64,000 nucleotides of DNA from Gemmatimonadota bacterium (GCA_009841165.1 VXMI01000066.1:3388-67387); one strand, 5' to 3'; shown: positions 10,340-19,404, counted from the first letter of the stretch. Notes: a model not told the origin generated them from the letters alone. Translations and numbers: made by a program.

Positions 10340-10469
10340 TCGCCGATCCTCTCCGGGCACCAACCCTTTGACGACCACCCGGGTCTAACCATCTTCGAAA
10401 GTTGCATCTCCCCACCGCCGGGTCACACCCCGGCTCCTCTTTTCGCATCGGTTCGCATCAGATGAGAAC

Positions 10470-12308
10470 ATGACCGCCTCCACCGTCCGTCCGGCGGTCT
10501 TCGGACTTCTCCTCTGGCCGGCCCTTGCGGCAGAGACCTCGTTGGCCCAGGAGGCCCGGTCCGACCCTCCTCCCGTCCGGGACTGCGAAGGCGCCGTGAT
10601 CACGCGTGTCTTCGTGGACAACCACTCGATCTACGACGCCCCCGAACCCGACACGTCGGGTGCCGCGGGTCTGGTCCCGAGGTTCAGCAACTGGGCACGC
10701 TCCGTCGCCAATCGGCTGCACCGGAGAACCCGTCCGAGCTTCATCGAACGCGAACTCCTCTTCAAGGCCGGCGACTGTCTCGAACCGCTCATGCTGGACG
10801 AGTCGGAGCGGCTGCTCAGAGCCCTCCCCTTCATTGCGGAGGCGGATGTCTACACGGTTCCCATCGGTGGAGACGAGGTGCACGTCGTCGTCGACACCCG
10901 GGACGACTGGACCCTGAAGCTGGATGTCCGCGGCGATTGGGACGACCGCCTGCGGCTGACGCACGTCGGCCTGACCGAGGAAAACCTCTGGGGCACCGGC
11001 ACGCTGATCGGATTCTATCTCAGCGAACGGGACGAAAAGCGCGATCTGGGGGGCCAGTTTCGCACCGAGCAGTTCGCCGGGACTCGCCTCGACGCCCATG
11101 TCTCCGGCGGACGAACCCGCACCGGCGTCTTCTTCACCGAGTCCGTGTCCTACCCGTTCGTGGGCGAAGTCGGTCAGTGGGCATTCGTGGAGTCGTTCGC
11201 CCTGCGCGAGGATCTCTTTCCGTACGCCGCGCCGGCCGGATCATCGTTCACCAACGCCAGCCTGCCCATCCAGACCCGCTACGGGGAAGCCACCCTCGGG
11301 CGCCGTTTCGGCACCCCCGGCGACCTCACGGTTCTCGCGGGCGGAGTGTCCTGGGAGGACGTGCGCTTCGATGGGTTCCCGGGCGGTGTCGAGGTGGTCT
11401 CGGGGTTCGACTTCTCCGTACGCGACACGGCCGACTCGGCCACGATCGAAGCCATCCGGCCACAGGTTGCGGCCCGCAAGAGCGGGTATCTCAATATCCT
11501 GGCCGGCAAGCGGAACGTGCGGTTCATCACGCGCCGCGGCCTGGACGCAATCCGCGGAGTACAGGATGTACGTGTCGGAACGCAGGCTCTGGTCGCCCTG
11601 GGAACGTCATTCCGGAGGCAATGGGCCAGCCCCGCCGCCGCCGGGCGCGAAATCCGCGGGAAAGTGTCTCTCTTCGCCGGTTCCGCGCGTTCGAACTGGG
11701 TCTTCAACACCGAACTCAACCTCGAGGGCGCCCGATCGTTCGGAGACGGGAGCGACGGCGGCAATTTCCGCGACGTCCTCGGGGAGTTCGACGCCTACTT
11801 CTACTGGCACCCGGTCACGAGCGGTCGCCACACGTTCGTGGCCGGCCTCTCCGGCGCCGGGGGCTGGAGGAACACGCTTCCATTCCAGCTGACCGTGGGT
11901 GGCCCGCACGGCATCAGGGGTTACGACCGGGAGGATTTCCCGGCTGCGCAGCGGCTCGTGGTCAACCTCGAGGACCGCATCCGGCTGGATGGGCCGTTTC
12001 CCGATCTCTTCGACCTCGGTCTGGTCCTGTTCATCGATGCCGGTGCCGGATGGAGCGGCGATGTCCCGTTCGGAACCGACTCCGGACTCAGGACTTCCGC
12101 CGGAGTGGGGGTCCGTGTGGCGCTGCCCGCCGGGGCACGTCAGGTGTGGCGCCTCGACGTTGCCGCGCCACTGGAGTGCCGTAGCGTCCAGTGTGTTCAG
12201 GTTCGTGCCGGGGCCGACCTGGTGAGCCTGCTGACCGGATTCGACGACCGGCAGGTTCGCCGCAGCCGGGCCGCGAGTCCGGCCGCCGCGTTTCTGGGCA
12301 GCAGGTGA
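10470..12308 (+). CDS. Omp85/BamA-TamA family outer-membrane protein (signal peptide, POTRA, surface-antigen beta-barrel)
   Basis: The signal is MTASTVRPAVFGLLLWPALAAETSLAQE. The POTRA-like segment is ITRVFVDNHSIYD...RTRPSFIERELLFKAGDCLEPLMLDESERLLRALPFIAEADVY. The C-terminal barrel strands are ...AGVGVRVALPAGARQVWRLDVAAPL. Confidence 0.8.
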   Translation: MTASTVRPAVFGLLLWPALAAETSLAQEARSDPPPVRDCEGAVITRVFVDNHSIYDAPEPDTSGAAGLVPRFSNWARSVANRLHRRTRPSFIERELLFKAGDCLEPLMLDESERLLRALPFIAEADVYTVPIGGDEVHVVVDTRDDWTLKLDVRGDWDDRLRLTHVGLTEENLWGTGTLIGFYLSERDEKRDLGGQFRTEQFAGTRLDAHVSGGRTRTGVFFTESVSYPFVGEVGQWAFVESFALREDLFPYAAPAGSSFTNASLPIQTRYGEATLGRRFGTPGDLTVLAGGVSWEDVRFDGFPGGVEVVSGFDFSVRDTADSATIEAIRPQVAARKSGYLNILAGKRNVRFITRRGLDAIRGVQDVRVGTQALVALGTSFRRQWASPAAAGREIRGKVSLFAGSARSNWVFNTELNLEGARSFGDGSDGGNFRDVLGEFDAYFYWHPVTSGRHTFVAGLSGAGGWRNTLPFQLTVGGPHGIRGYDREDFPAAQRLVVNLEDRIRLDGPFPDLFDLGLVLFIDAGAGWSGDVPFGTDSGLRTSAGVGVRVALPAGARQVWRLDVAAPLECRSVQCVQVRAGADLVSLLTGFDDRQVRRSRAASPAAAFLGSR

Positions 12309-12317
12309 CGGGAACAT

Positions 12318-12346
12318 TTGACTTCGAGTGCGAAGGATCGTAAACT
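12318..12346 (+). promoter_or_regulatory. Candidate sigma-70-type promoter (TTGACT-N17-TAAACT) for the sigma-factor gene
   Basis: TTGACT at 12318-12323, an exact 17-nt spacer, then TAAACT at 12341-12346. It lies inside the N-terminal extension of the longest ORF, which argues against the 12328 start. Confidence 0.45.
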
Positions 12347-12468
12347 GTTGCTCCCCACCTCCGTCCCCGGCCGCCTTCACCGACGAGCAACTGCCGATTT
12401 CGGGTCGGTTGCGCGCTTCCGGACCCCGGTGGGATGCGACAACGTCAACCCCCTTCAGGAGAACGTCA

Positions 12469-13329
12469 TTGTTCGCAGCCTCTCGCGGTCTCGATTCCTT
12501 CGACCAGTATCTACAGGACGTAGAACGTTACCCACTCATCTCGGATCCGGAGGAGGAACGGGCGCTCGCGCGAAGAGCCCGAACAGGTGACAAGGAGGCG
12601 GCGGAGCGCCTTGTCACCGCCAACCTGCGCTTCGTCATCTCCTACGTGAAGAAGTATCAGGGCCGAGGCCTGGGACTCGCGGAACTGGTTTGTATCGGCA
12701 ACGAGGGCCTCCTGAAGGCCGTCAAGAAGTTCGATCCGGACAAGGGCGTGAAGTTCATCTCCTACGCGGTCTGGTGGATTCGCCAGACTGTGCTCCAGGC
12801 CCTGGCCGAGCAGACCCGCTCCGTCCGCATCCCCCTCAATCAGAATTCCAACCTCGCGCGGCTGTCCCGCACCAACACCGCTCTGACTCAGCAGCTTGGA
12901 CGCTCCCCGACCGACCAGGAACTCGCCCGCGAGATGGGCGAGCCGCTGGAGACGGTTCGCGCACTGCGCCGCGTCGCTGCGACCGAGCTGAGCCTGGACG
13001 CCCCGCTCGACCGCGGTGATCGTGACAGCGCGAGCTTCGGCGAACGGTTCGCCGGCGCGGAGGGCAGCGAGATCGAGGAGGACGTGGAGGCCGCCGCCCG
13101 CCGCGACTATCTCGAGAACATGTTCGACAGCTATCTGACCGAACGTGAGCGAAAGATCCTCTACCTCTACTACGGCCTCGACGATGGCGAGGAGCGGACC
13201 CTCGAGGAAATCGGCTCATTGCTGGGCGTGACCCGCGAGCGGATCCGCCAGATCCGGAACCGGGCGTTCGAAAAACTGAGGGAGAGTCCCCAGGGCGATT
13301 CGCTCTCCGGCTTCTGGGCCACCAACTGA
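12469..13329 (+). CDS. RNA polymerase sigma-70 family factor, short RpoD/SigA-like form without region 1.1
   Basis: Region 2 is NLRFVISYVKKYQGRGLGLAELVCIGNEGLLKAVKKFDPDKGVKFISYAVWWIRQTVLQALAEQTRSVRIPLN. Region 4 is TLEEIGSLLGVTRERIRQIRNRAFEKLR. Start chosen as the TTG at 12469, with AGGAGA 6 nt upstream. The track ORF begins at 12328. Confidence 0.85.
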   Translation: MFAASRGLDSFDQYLQDVERYPLISDPEEERALARRARTGDKEAAERLVTANLRFVISYVKKYQGRGLGLAELVCIGNEGLLKAVKKFDPDKGVKFISYAVWWIRQTVLQALAEQTRSVRIPLNQNSNLARLSRTNTALTQQLGRSPTDQELAREMGEPLETVRALRRVAATELSLDAPLDRGDRDSASFGERFAGAEGSEIEEDVEAAARRDYLENMFDSYLTERERKILYLYYGLDDGEERTLEEIGSLLGVTRERIRQIRNRAFEKLRESPQGDSLSGFWATN

Positions 13330-13344
13330 TCGACCCACCGGGCG

Positions 13345-13683
13345 TCAGACTTCCGCGCCGCGCGGGCTGAGCATCACCATTTCACGGGCCCTGATTTCCG
13401 CCGTGGGTATCGTGACGCCGTCACGCTCGTAGGAGTCGTACTGCAGGTAGCCCTCCACATAGAGCTTGTCGCCCTTCGAGACGTACTCCTCGGCCACCTG
13501 CGCGAGGCGGCCCCAGAGGTTGACCCGGTGCCAGTCCGTCCGTTCCTCCGAGTCCTCTCCCGTTGTGCGCCAGTTGGTGGCCAGCGAGACTCGCGCCACC
13601 TTCACTCCGGCGCTCGTTATGCGCACGTCGGGGTCGCTCCCCACGTTTCCCACGAGAATGATCTTGTTGACTGAGCGGCTCAC
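13345..13683 (-). CDS. ssb: Single-stranded DNA-binding protein, OB-fold only (no C-terminal acidic tip)
   Basis: (M)SRSVNKIILVGNVGSDPDVRITSAGVKVARVSLATNWRTTGEDSEERTDWHRVNLWGRLAQVAEEYVSKGDKLYVEGYLQYDSYERDG. GTG start at 13683 with GGAAAGGA upstream. The protein ends ...MLSPRGAEV. Confidence 0.85.
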   Translation of the reverse strand: MSRSVNKIILVGNVGSDPDVRITSAGVKVARVSLATNWRTTGEDSEERTDWHRVNLWGRLAQVAEEYVSKGDKLYVEGYLQYDSYERDGVTIPTAEIRAREMVMLSPRGAEV

Positions 13684-13888
13684 GTGTGCATCCTTTCCCT
13701 GCCTTGTGGACTGATGACCGGTGCCCATTCCCGATCGCCGGGACACCGCGGGTACGCCGGTCGTCTTGTGGACGCACAAGTGTCGGTCGAAACGAGGGGC
13801 GTTCCAATAGCTGGATGGGACAGGTTTTTCGGGGGACCGCGGACGTGCGCCGATTCCGGCGCGCGCACCCTGCCGGGGCGACGTGAGG

Positions 13889-16666
13889 TCAGGTCTTGCA
13901 GTCGTACCAGGTTCGGCCGGAGCCGGCGTCAACCCTCAACGGAACGTCGAGCGTCAGAGCCGATTCCATCATGTCGACGACGGTGGCGGTGACCTCCTCC
14001 AACCGCCCGTCCTCGACCTCGAAGACGAGTTCGTCGTGCACCTGCAGGAGCATTCGAGCGCCGGAGTCGCCGCCCAGCGCCTCCCCCACGCGGATCATCG
14101 CAACCTTGATCAGATCGGCCGCCGTGCCCTGAATCGGGGTGTTCTGCGCCACGCGTTCGCCGAACTGGCGCACGTTCCACGCTCGCGCGCGCAGTTCGGG
14201 GATGTAGCGGCGCCTCCCGAGCAGCGTCTCGACATACCCCGTGTCCCGGGCCTGCGCCACCTGCTCGTCCAGAAAGTGCCGCACCCCCGCGAAGCGCTCG
14301 AAGTACTGCGCGATGAACCTCTTCGCCTCGTCCATCGAGATGCCGAGTTGCCGCGACAGCCCGAAGGGTCCCTGGCCGTAGAGGGTGGCGAAGTTCACAG
14401 TCTTGGCCTGGTCGCGCATCCCCCCGGTGACCTCGTCCACGGGCACGTCGAAGATTACGGCGGCGGTCTCCCGGTGGACGTCCTTGTCCTCGCGGAACGC
14501 ACGCACGAAGACCTCGTCGCCGGAGAAGTGGGCCAGTATGCGGAGTTCGATCTGGGAGTAGTCGGCCGTGACCAGCATGGATCCCATGGATGACACGAAG
14601 CCGCGCCGGATCTCACGGCCCAGTGCGGTGCGGATCGGGATGTTCTGGAGGTTGGGGTCGGAGGAGGAAAGCCGGCCGGTCGCCGCGACGGCCTGGTTGA
14701 AGGTCGTGTGGATACGCTTCGTCGCGGGGTTGACGAGCGCGGGCAAAGCATCCACGTAGGTGTTGCGCAGCTTTTCCAGCTGGCGGTAGTCCATCATCAG
14801 GCGCGGCAGCTCGTGGCCCCGGGCGGCCAGCTCCTCGAGCACGGACGAGTCGGTAGACGGCCCTGTCCGGGTACGCTTGATCACCGGCAGGCCCAGCCGC
14901 TCGAAGAGGATCTCCCTGAGCTGGGGAGTCGAGTTGATGTTGAATTCCGTGCCCGCAACCTTGTGGATGTCCTCGCGGATGAGGCGGAGTTCGTCTCCCA
15001 GGCGCGCGCTCATCGCCGCGAAGAAGCCCGCATCGATGCCGACGCCACGCATCTCCATTTCCGCCAGAACGGGAATCAGCGGCATCTCCAGCTCCCGAAA
15101 GAGCTTTTCGAGCCCCTGTGAAGCCATCTGCCCGGCGAAGTGATGCCAGAGTCTCAGGGACACCTCCACCTGCTCACACGCGAAGTGAAGCGCCTCGCTT
15201 GCGTCGATGTCTCCGAAGTTCCGGCGTTTCCTGCCGGTACCGAGCAGGGTGGCAGGCGAGGTGAGTTCCCGTCCGAGGAAGTCGGACGCCAGCGCGGCCG
15301 GATCCTGACGGCGGCGACCGGGGTCGAGCACGTAGGACGCCACCATGACATCGTGCAGGGGCCCGGCGAGTTGGAGTCCCGCGCGGCGGCACGCGATCAG
15401 TGAGCGCTTGAGGTCGTGCCCCACCTTGGGCACCGCGGGGTCGGCCAGAATCGTGCGGATGGGCTCGAAGGCGGCGCTGTTGAGTGCCGGGAGGTTGTCG
15501 GGCAGGTCTTCGCGCATGTCGCCGAGCTCGAGCGACATCGCCGCCTCGTGCGAGACCGGCAGGTAATGGCAGCGACGCGGATCGGCGGCGATCGCGATTC
15601 CGGCGACCTGATCCCGCGTGGGCTCCAGGGTGCGGTTGAGCACGACGACCGCCATGGCGCCGGCCTGCCGGCACTCCGTTACGATTTCCGCCAGCTGCGC
15701 GGGGTCGGTAACGAGGCGGTATTCGGCGGGGGCCGCTTCTCCGTGCGGCTCGCCCGCGCCTGTTGGAGTGCTTTCGCGATCGAGGCGCTCCACGAGGGTG
15801 CGGAACTCCAGTTCGACATAGAGCGCGCGCAGCCGGTCGTTGTCGGGTGCAGAGACGCGCAGGTCGTCCAGGGCGGCATCCAGCTTCAGATCGGTCCGGA
15901 TGGTCACGAGCTGCTTCGATAGCAGGACATCGTCGCCGTTTGCAAGCAGCGACTCCCTGGGCCGCTTGGCCTTGATCTCTTCCGCGTGCGCCAGCACCTC
16001 CTCGACCGTCCCGTACTCGTGGAGCAGCTTCTGCGCGGTCTTTGGTCCGATGCCGGGTGCGCCGGGCACGTTGTCCGAGCTGTCCCCCACCAGCGCCAGG
16101 TAGTCCACCACCTGCCCGGGCCCGACCCCGAACTTCTTCGACGCTCCCGACGCATCCAGCCACTCCGCGGCCACCCCGTGGGGCCCCCCGCGACCCGGGT
16201 TGAGCAAGTGTACCCGGTCCCCCACCAGCTGGAAGAAGTCCTTGTCGCCCGACACGATCACTGCCTCCAGACCCTCGGCCACCGCGCGCGCCGCGAGCGT
16301 CCCGATCACGTCGTCCGCCTCCCACCCCTCCACCTCTACCACCCGGTCGCCAAAGGCCTCCACTAGTTCGCGAATGCGGGGCAGGCTGTCGCGCAATTCC
16401 CGCGGCATCTTCGCGCGGGTCGCCTTGTAGTCGGGGTAGAGTTCCTCCCGGTGGCTGCGTCCCGAATCGAAGACCACGGCGATGTAGTCCGGCTGGTACT
16501 CGTCGCGAATGGCCTGCAGGAAGTTCGCGAATCCGAAGGGCGCGGACGTGTTCTCCCCCCGCGCGTTCGTGAGGGGGCGGTTGATGAATGCGAAGAACGA
16601 CCGGTAGATCAGCGCATACGCGTCGATCAGGAACAGTCGGGGTGCCGTCTTGTCCGGGATTTCCAT
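13889..16666 (-). CDS. polA: DNA polymerase I (5'-nuclease, 3'-5' exonuclease-like and polymerase domains)
   Basis: 925 aa. N-terminus: LFLIDAYALIYRSFFAF. Polymerase motifs: ...RRRQDPAAL...DYSQIELRILAHFSGDE...QVHDELVFEV. Confidence 0.95.
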   Translation of the reverse strand: MEIPDKTAPRLFLIDAYALIYRSFFAFINRPLTNARGENTSAPFGFANFLQAIRDEYQPDYIAVVFDSGRSHREELYPDYKATRAKMPRELRDSLPRIRELVEAFGDRVVEVEGWEADDVIGTLAARAVAEGLEAVIVSGDKDFFQLVGDRVHLLNPGRGGPHGVAAEWLDASGASKKFGVGPGQVVDYLALVGDSSDNVPGAPGIGPKTAQKLLHEYGTVEEVLAHAEEIKAKRPRESLLANGDDVLLSKQLVTIRTDLKLDAALDDLRVSAPDNDRLRALYVELEFRTLVERLDRESTPTGAGEPHGEAAPAEYRLVTDPAQLAEIVTECRQAGAMAVVVLNRTLEPTRDQVAGIAIAADPRRCHYLPVSHEAAMSLELGDMREDLPDNLPALNSAAFEPIRTILADPAVPKVGHDLKRSLIACRRAGLQLAGPLHDVMVASYVLDPGRRRQDPAALASDFLGRELTSPATLLGTGRKRRNFGDIDASEALHFACEQVEVSLRLWHHFAGQMASQGLEKLFRELEMPLIPVLAEMEMRGVGIDAGFFAAMSARLGDELRLIREDIHKVAGTEFNINSTPQLREILFERLGLPVIKRTRTGPSTDSSVLEELAARGHELPRLMMDYRQLEKLRNTYVDALPALVNPATKRIHTTFNQAVAATGRLSSSDPNLQNIPIRTALGREIRRGFVSSMGSMLVTADYSQIELRILAHFSGDEVFVRAFREDKDVHRETAAVIFDVPVDEVTGGMRDQAKTVNFATLYGQGPFGLSRQLGISMDEAKRFIAQYFERFAGVRHFLDEQVAQARDTGYVETLLGRRRYIPELRARAWNVRQFGERVAQNTPIQGTAADLIKVAMIRVGEALGGDSGARMLLQVHDELVFEVEDGRLEEVTATVVDMMESALTLDVPLRVDAGSGRTWYDCKT

Positions 16667-16732
16667 TGATTCCTGGGTGACGCTCTGGACGGCGCTACCG
16701 CCGCTGGAGTGCCCGGTGACGCGACAAGAATG

Positions 16733-16954
16733 TCAAGCGCAGATTACATTCTGTAATGTGCGAATTACATTTGTGGCCTGCGGACCACGCTCCGTATCGC
16801 GGACGTCGAGCTCCACTTCCTCGCCCTCGGCCAGGGTACGGAAACCGTTCCCCTCGATCGAGCTGAAGTGAACGAAGACCTCGTCGCCCGTAGGCAGGGA
16901 GATGAAGCCGTACCCCCTGGAGTCGTTGAACCACTTGACCGTCCCTCGCGCCAT
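16733..16954 (-). CDS. csp: Cold-shock protein (CspA family)
   Basis: MARGTVKWFNDSRGYGFISLPTGDEVFVHFSSIEGNGFRTLAEGEEVELDV contains the RNP1 and RNP2 motifs. GGGAGGAA lies upstream of the ATG. Confidence 0.95.
   Translation of the reverse strand: MARGTVKWFNDSRGYGFISLPTGDEVFVHFSSIEGNGFRTLAEGEEVELDVRDTERGPQATNVIRTLQNVICA
16743..16771. repeat. AT-rich patch with two ATTACATT direct repeats 21 nt apart and an ACATT-CTGT-AATGT inverted repeat
   Basis: ATTACATT occurs at 16743-16750 and 16764-16771. The inverted repeat spans 16746-16759. The patch lies in the last codons of csp, 77-105 nt upstream of the polA ATG. On the minus strand each repeat reads (A)ATGTAAT, which is -10-like. Confidence 0.6.
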
Positions 16955-17026
16955 GCCCGCATTCCTCCCGAGAATTGGAAGCCCGTGTCAGCCCGGCGGA
17001 GTCCCCGCCCGGGCCCGTCGCGCTTC

Positions 17027-17056
17027 ATGATGGGGAAGGCCGGCGCGGGGCGTCAA
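17027..17056 (-). promoter_or_regulatory. Weak candidate promoter for csp (TTGACG-N18-CATCAT) followed by a GC hairpin in the 5' UTR
   Basis: The minus strand reads GCTTGACGCCCCGCGCCGGCCTTCCCCATCATGAAG. The downstream leader contains CCCGGGCGGGGACTCCGCCGGG. Confidence 0.25.
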
Positions 17057-17124
17057 GCGGGATTGCTCCCGAGGCTGATTTGGCCTCTGCGCCCGAGACC
17101 GCCAGAGTTCCAGCGACGGGTCGT

Positions 17125-18747
17125 TCAGCCCGCGAACTCCAGCCGCTGGACGCGTGGGCGAATCGAGCGCTCGACCGCTCGCGGAAGGAGAACGGCCAGG
17201 ACGACAAGCGTTCCCATCAATACCGCGGTCAGTGCTTCATTTGCATATCCCACCCGGAAGATCAGCGGCAGGAAGACGGCGATCACCATGCTGATCAGAA
17301 TCATGCCCATCAGGTTTCCCATTGCGCCGCCCTTTCGTGGGGGTTCGGAAAACGGGAGAAGCGGCGAGGCCAGAAGCCGAAGTTGAAGGGCAAGGTGGGC
17401 GAAGACCCCCAGCACGACGGCGTGCACCACCGCGTGCACCGCGTTCCCGAAGCTCCAGAGGAACATCCCGGCCAGCAGGACGGCGTACGGCGCGACGAAG
17501 AAGACGGCCACGCAGACACCTGCGTTCACCACCAGCTTCGCACGGTCCACCGGCGCCGCGAAGAACACCCAGGCCGCGGGATAGGACTCGCTCCGGAACA
17601 GGCTGTCCACCACGGCGACCGGCATCGCCAGCGCGGCGAAGTGAATCATCCAGAGGCTTCCCGCCGAAAACCCGAGTTGCACAAAGGGGTCCGGGAGCGG
17701 TCCATCCCGGGTCGCGAACAACAGGTAGAAGAGCGTCACGGGGATGATGCTCAGGACCGAGAGCCTGAAGTTCAGGTCGTGCCGGAACTGGCCCCGTACG
17801 AGGGTCGATACGACGCGCAGTTCCGGCGGAATGCCCGGCCACCCCAGGCGCCGCGGCCGGTCGCGTGCGCGCCTGGCTTCGGTCGTCGCCATCATGGTGC
17901 CGAGCCGCTCGGAGTACGACATGGAGAGTCCGTGTCGACAGTAGAGGAGGAAGACACCGAGGCTGCCGGCGCCGGCGAGCGCACCAAGGCCACCGCCCAG
18001 GCTCCAGTCACCGGTTGCCAGCGGCAGCACGCCGGCGAACCATGCAGACGGCACAAGCAGCATGGCGGTGGTCGGTTCGAAATCGGCCTGCCCCAGCAAA
18101 TCCGTCAGTTCGGTCATGAAAATCGGCGCACCCATCACCGCCATCATCAGAATGACCTGCAGATAGGAAAGCGCGAGTCGCAGTCTGCGCGGATGGACGA
18201 ATTGCAGCAGCGTCGTATAGAGCAGAATCATCGCGAGGGTTGTCCAGACGACCATCCCGGCCAGCGCCGGCAACCAGCCGAGAGTCGCCAGCGTCCCGTG
18301 CCTCAGGCCCAGGCTCAGCGTCGTGGGTCCTCCCAACAGGATGCCCATGATTCCGGTGTACACCAGAACATTGGTGACCTTCACGACGAAATAGGTGGCC
18401 GAGGAGACGGGTTGCGGCGCCAGTATGTGGTAGTCGTCCGGAGAAACCACCACCGTTTGGAAGTCGATGAGGATGGCCATGGCGATCATGACACCCGCGG
18501 CGGACAACGCGATGGTCCCGCCGAGGAACAGACCCGGTACGGCGGACGCCATCATGGCGACCCAGAGGCCGAAGGCTCCGTACAGCAGAAAGGTCAGCCA
18601 CGCCCTGGAGTTGCCGCCCTTCTTCTCGCCCGTATCCAGCTGGAGAGAACTCACGGACCGCAGGTCGTTCCGCAGCATCACCCTCGAGAGCACCCGCCAC
18701 TGGTCGTAGTCGGCACCCAGCGCCTCGATGGCCCTCCTGAGGATCAC
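17125..18747 (-). CDS. Polytopic membrane protein, putative ABC-exporter permease
   Basis: 540 aa with about 12 hydrophobic segments. Its start overlaps the stop of the upstream ABC ATPase reading frame by ATGA at 18744-18747. Confidence 0.7.
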   Translation of the reverse strand: MILRRAIEALGADYDQWRVLSRVMLRNDLRSVSSLQLDTGEKKGGNSRAWLTFLLYGAFGLWVAMMASAVPGLFLGGTIALSAAGVMIAMAILIDFQTVVVSPDDYHILAPQPVSSATYFVVKVTNVLVYTGIMGILLGGPTTLSLGLRHGTLATLGWLPALAGMVVWTTLAMILLYTTLLQFVHPRRLRLALSYLQVILMMAVMGAPIFMTELTDLLGQADFEPTTAMLLVPSAWFAGVLPLATGDWSLGGGLGALAGAGSLGVFLLYCRHGLSMSYSERLGTMMATTEARRARDRPRRLGWPGIPPELRVVSTLVRGQFRHDLNFRLSVLSIIPVTLFYLLFATRDGPLPDPFVQLGFSAGSLWMIHFAALAMPVAVVDSLFRSESYPAAWVFFAAPVDRAKLVVNAGVCVAVFFVAPYAVLLAGMFLWSFGNAVHAVVHAVVLGVFAHLALQLRLLASPLLPFSEPPRKGGAMGNLMGMILISMVIAVFLPLIFRVGYANEALTAVLMGTLVVLAVLLPRAVERSIRPRVQRLEFAG

Positions 18748-19404
18748 GACCGTCTCGCGGGGTCTGCCGGCGTTGAACCGAGTGCTGACAGCAGGTCGCG
18801 GGTGACGTCCGCTGCGTCGCGCACGCCCGTGATCCGGGCGAAGGCCGCCTCCAGACTCGACTCACCCGCGTCAGCCGCGATCTCCGCCGGACGGCCCTCC
18901 GTGATCACACGGCCTTCATTGATGATGATGATGCGGGTGCAGATCCGTTCCACGACCTCGAGGATGTGGGAACAGAAGAGGATCGTTCGGCCCTGCGAAG
19001 CCAGCTCTCGCAGCAATTCCTTCACCACCAGGGCCGCATTGGCGTCGAGGCCGTTCAGCGGTTCGTCGAGGAAGAGGACTTCGGGATTCGCGATCAGGGC
19101 GGCGCTGATCAACACCTTCTGGCGCATGCCCTTCGAGTACTCCACCAGCCGTTGGTTCCGTGCTGCGAGGATACCGAACAGGCCGAGGAATTCCCGGATC
19201 CTGGTGTCCGCCGCGCTACCCGTGATCCCGCGCAGAACCGCCGGAAGGTTTGATCATGCAGGTCAGAACCTTGACGGTGGTGGTCTTGCCCGCCCCGTTG
19301 GGGCCCAGAAAGCCGACGATTTCACCAGGCTGCACCCTCATGTCCAGATCCTGGACCGCAACCTTCGGGCCGAACCTGCGTGTCAGCCGCGTCGTCTCGA
19401 TCAA
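18744..19404 (-). pseudogene. ABC transporter ATP-binding gene, apparently frameshifted and lacking the Q-loop segment
   Basis: The N-terminal part is (TTG 19404) IETTRLTRRFGPKVAVQDLDMRVQPGEIVGFLGPNGAGKTTTVKVLTCMIKPSGGSAR. It stops at the TAG at 19216-19218. The rest continues in the +1 frame: ITGSAADTRIREFLGLFGILAARNQRLVEYSKGMRQKVLISAALIANPEVLFLDEPLNGLD...FCSHILE. The frames can only be joined around the GGG run at 19227-19229. Confidence 0.55.

Noticed and set aside
10421-10450. Hairpin GCCGGG-TCACAC-CCCGGC followed by TCCTCTTTTCGC upstream of the Omp85-like gene, as a possible sRNA terminator.
   Set aside because: The stem is only 6 bp and the U-tract is interrupted. Nothing upstream on the plus strand needs terminating. 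The evidence is insufficient.
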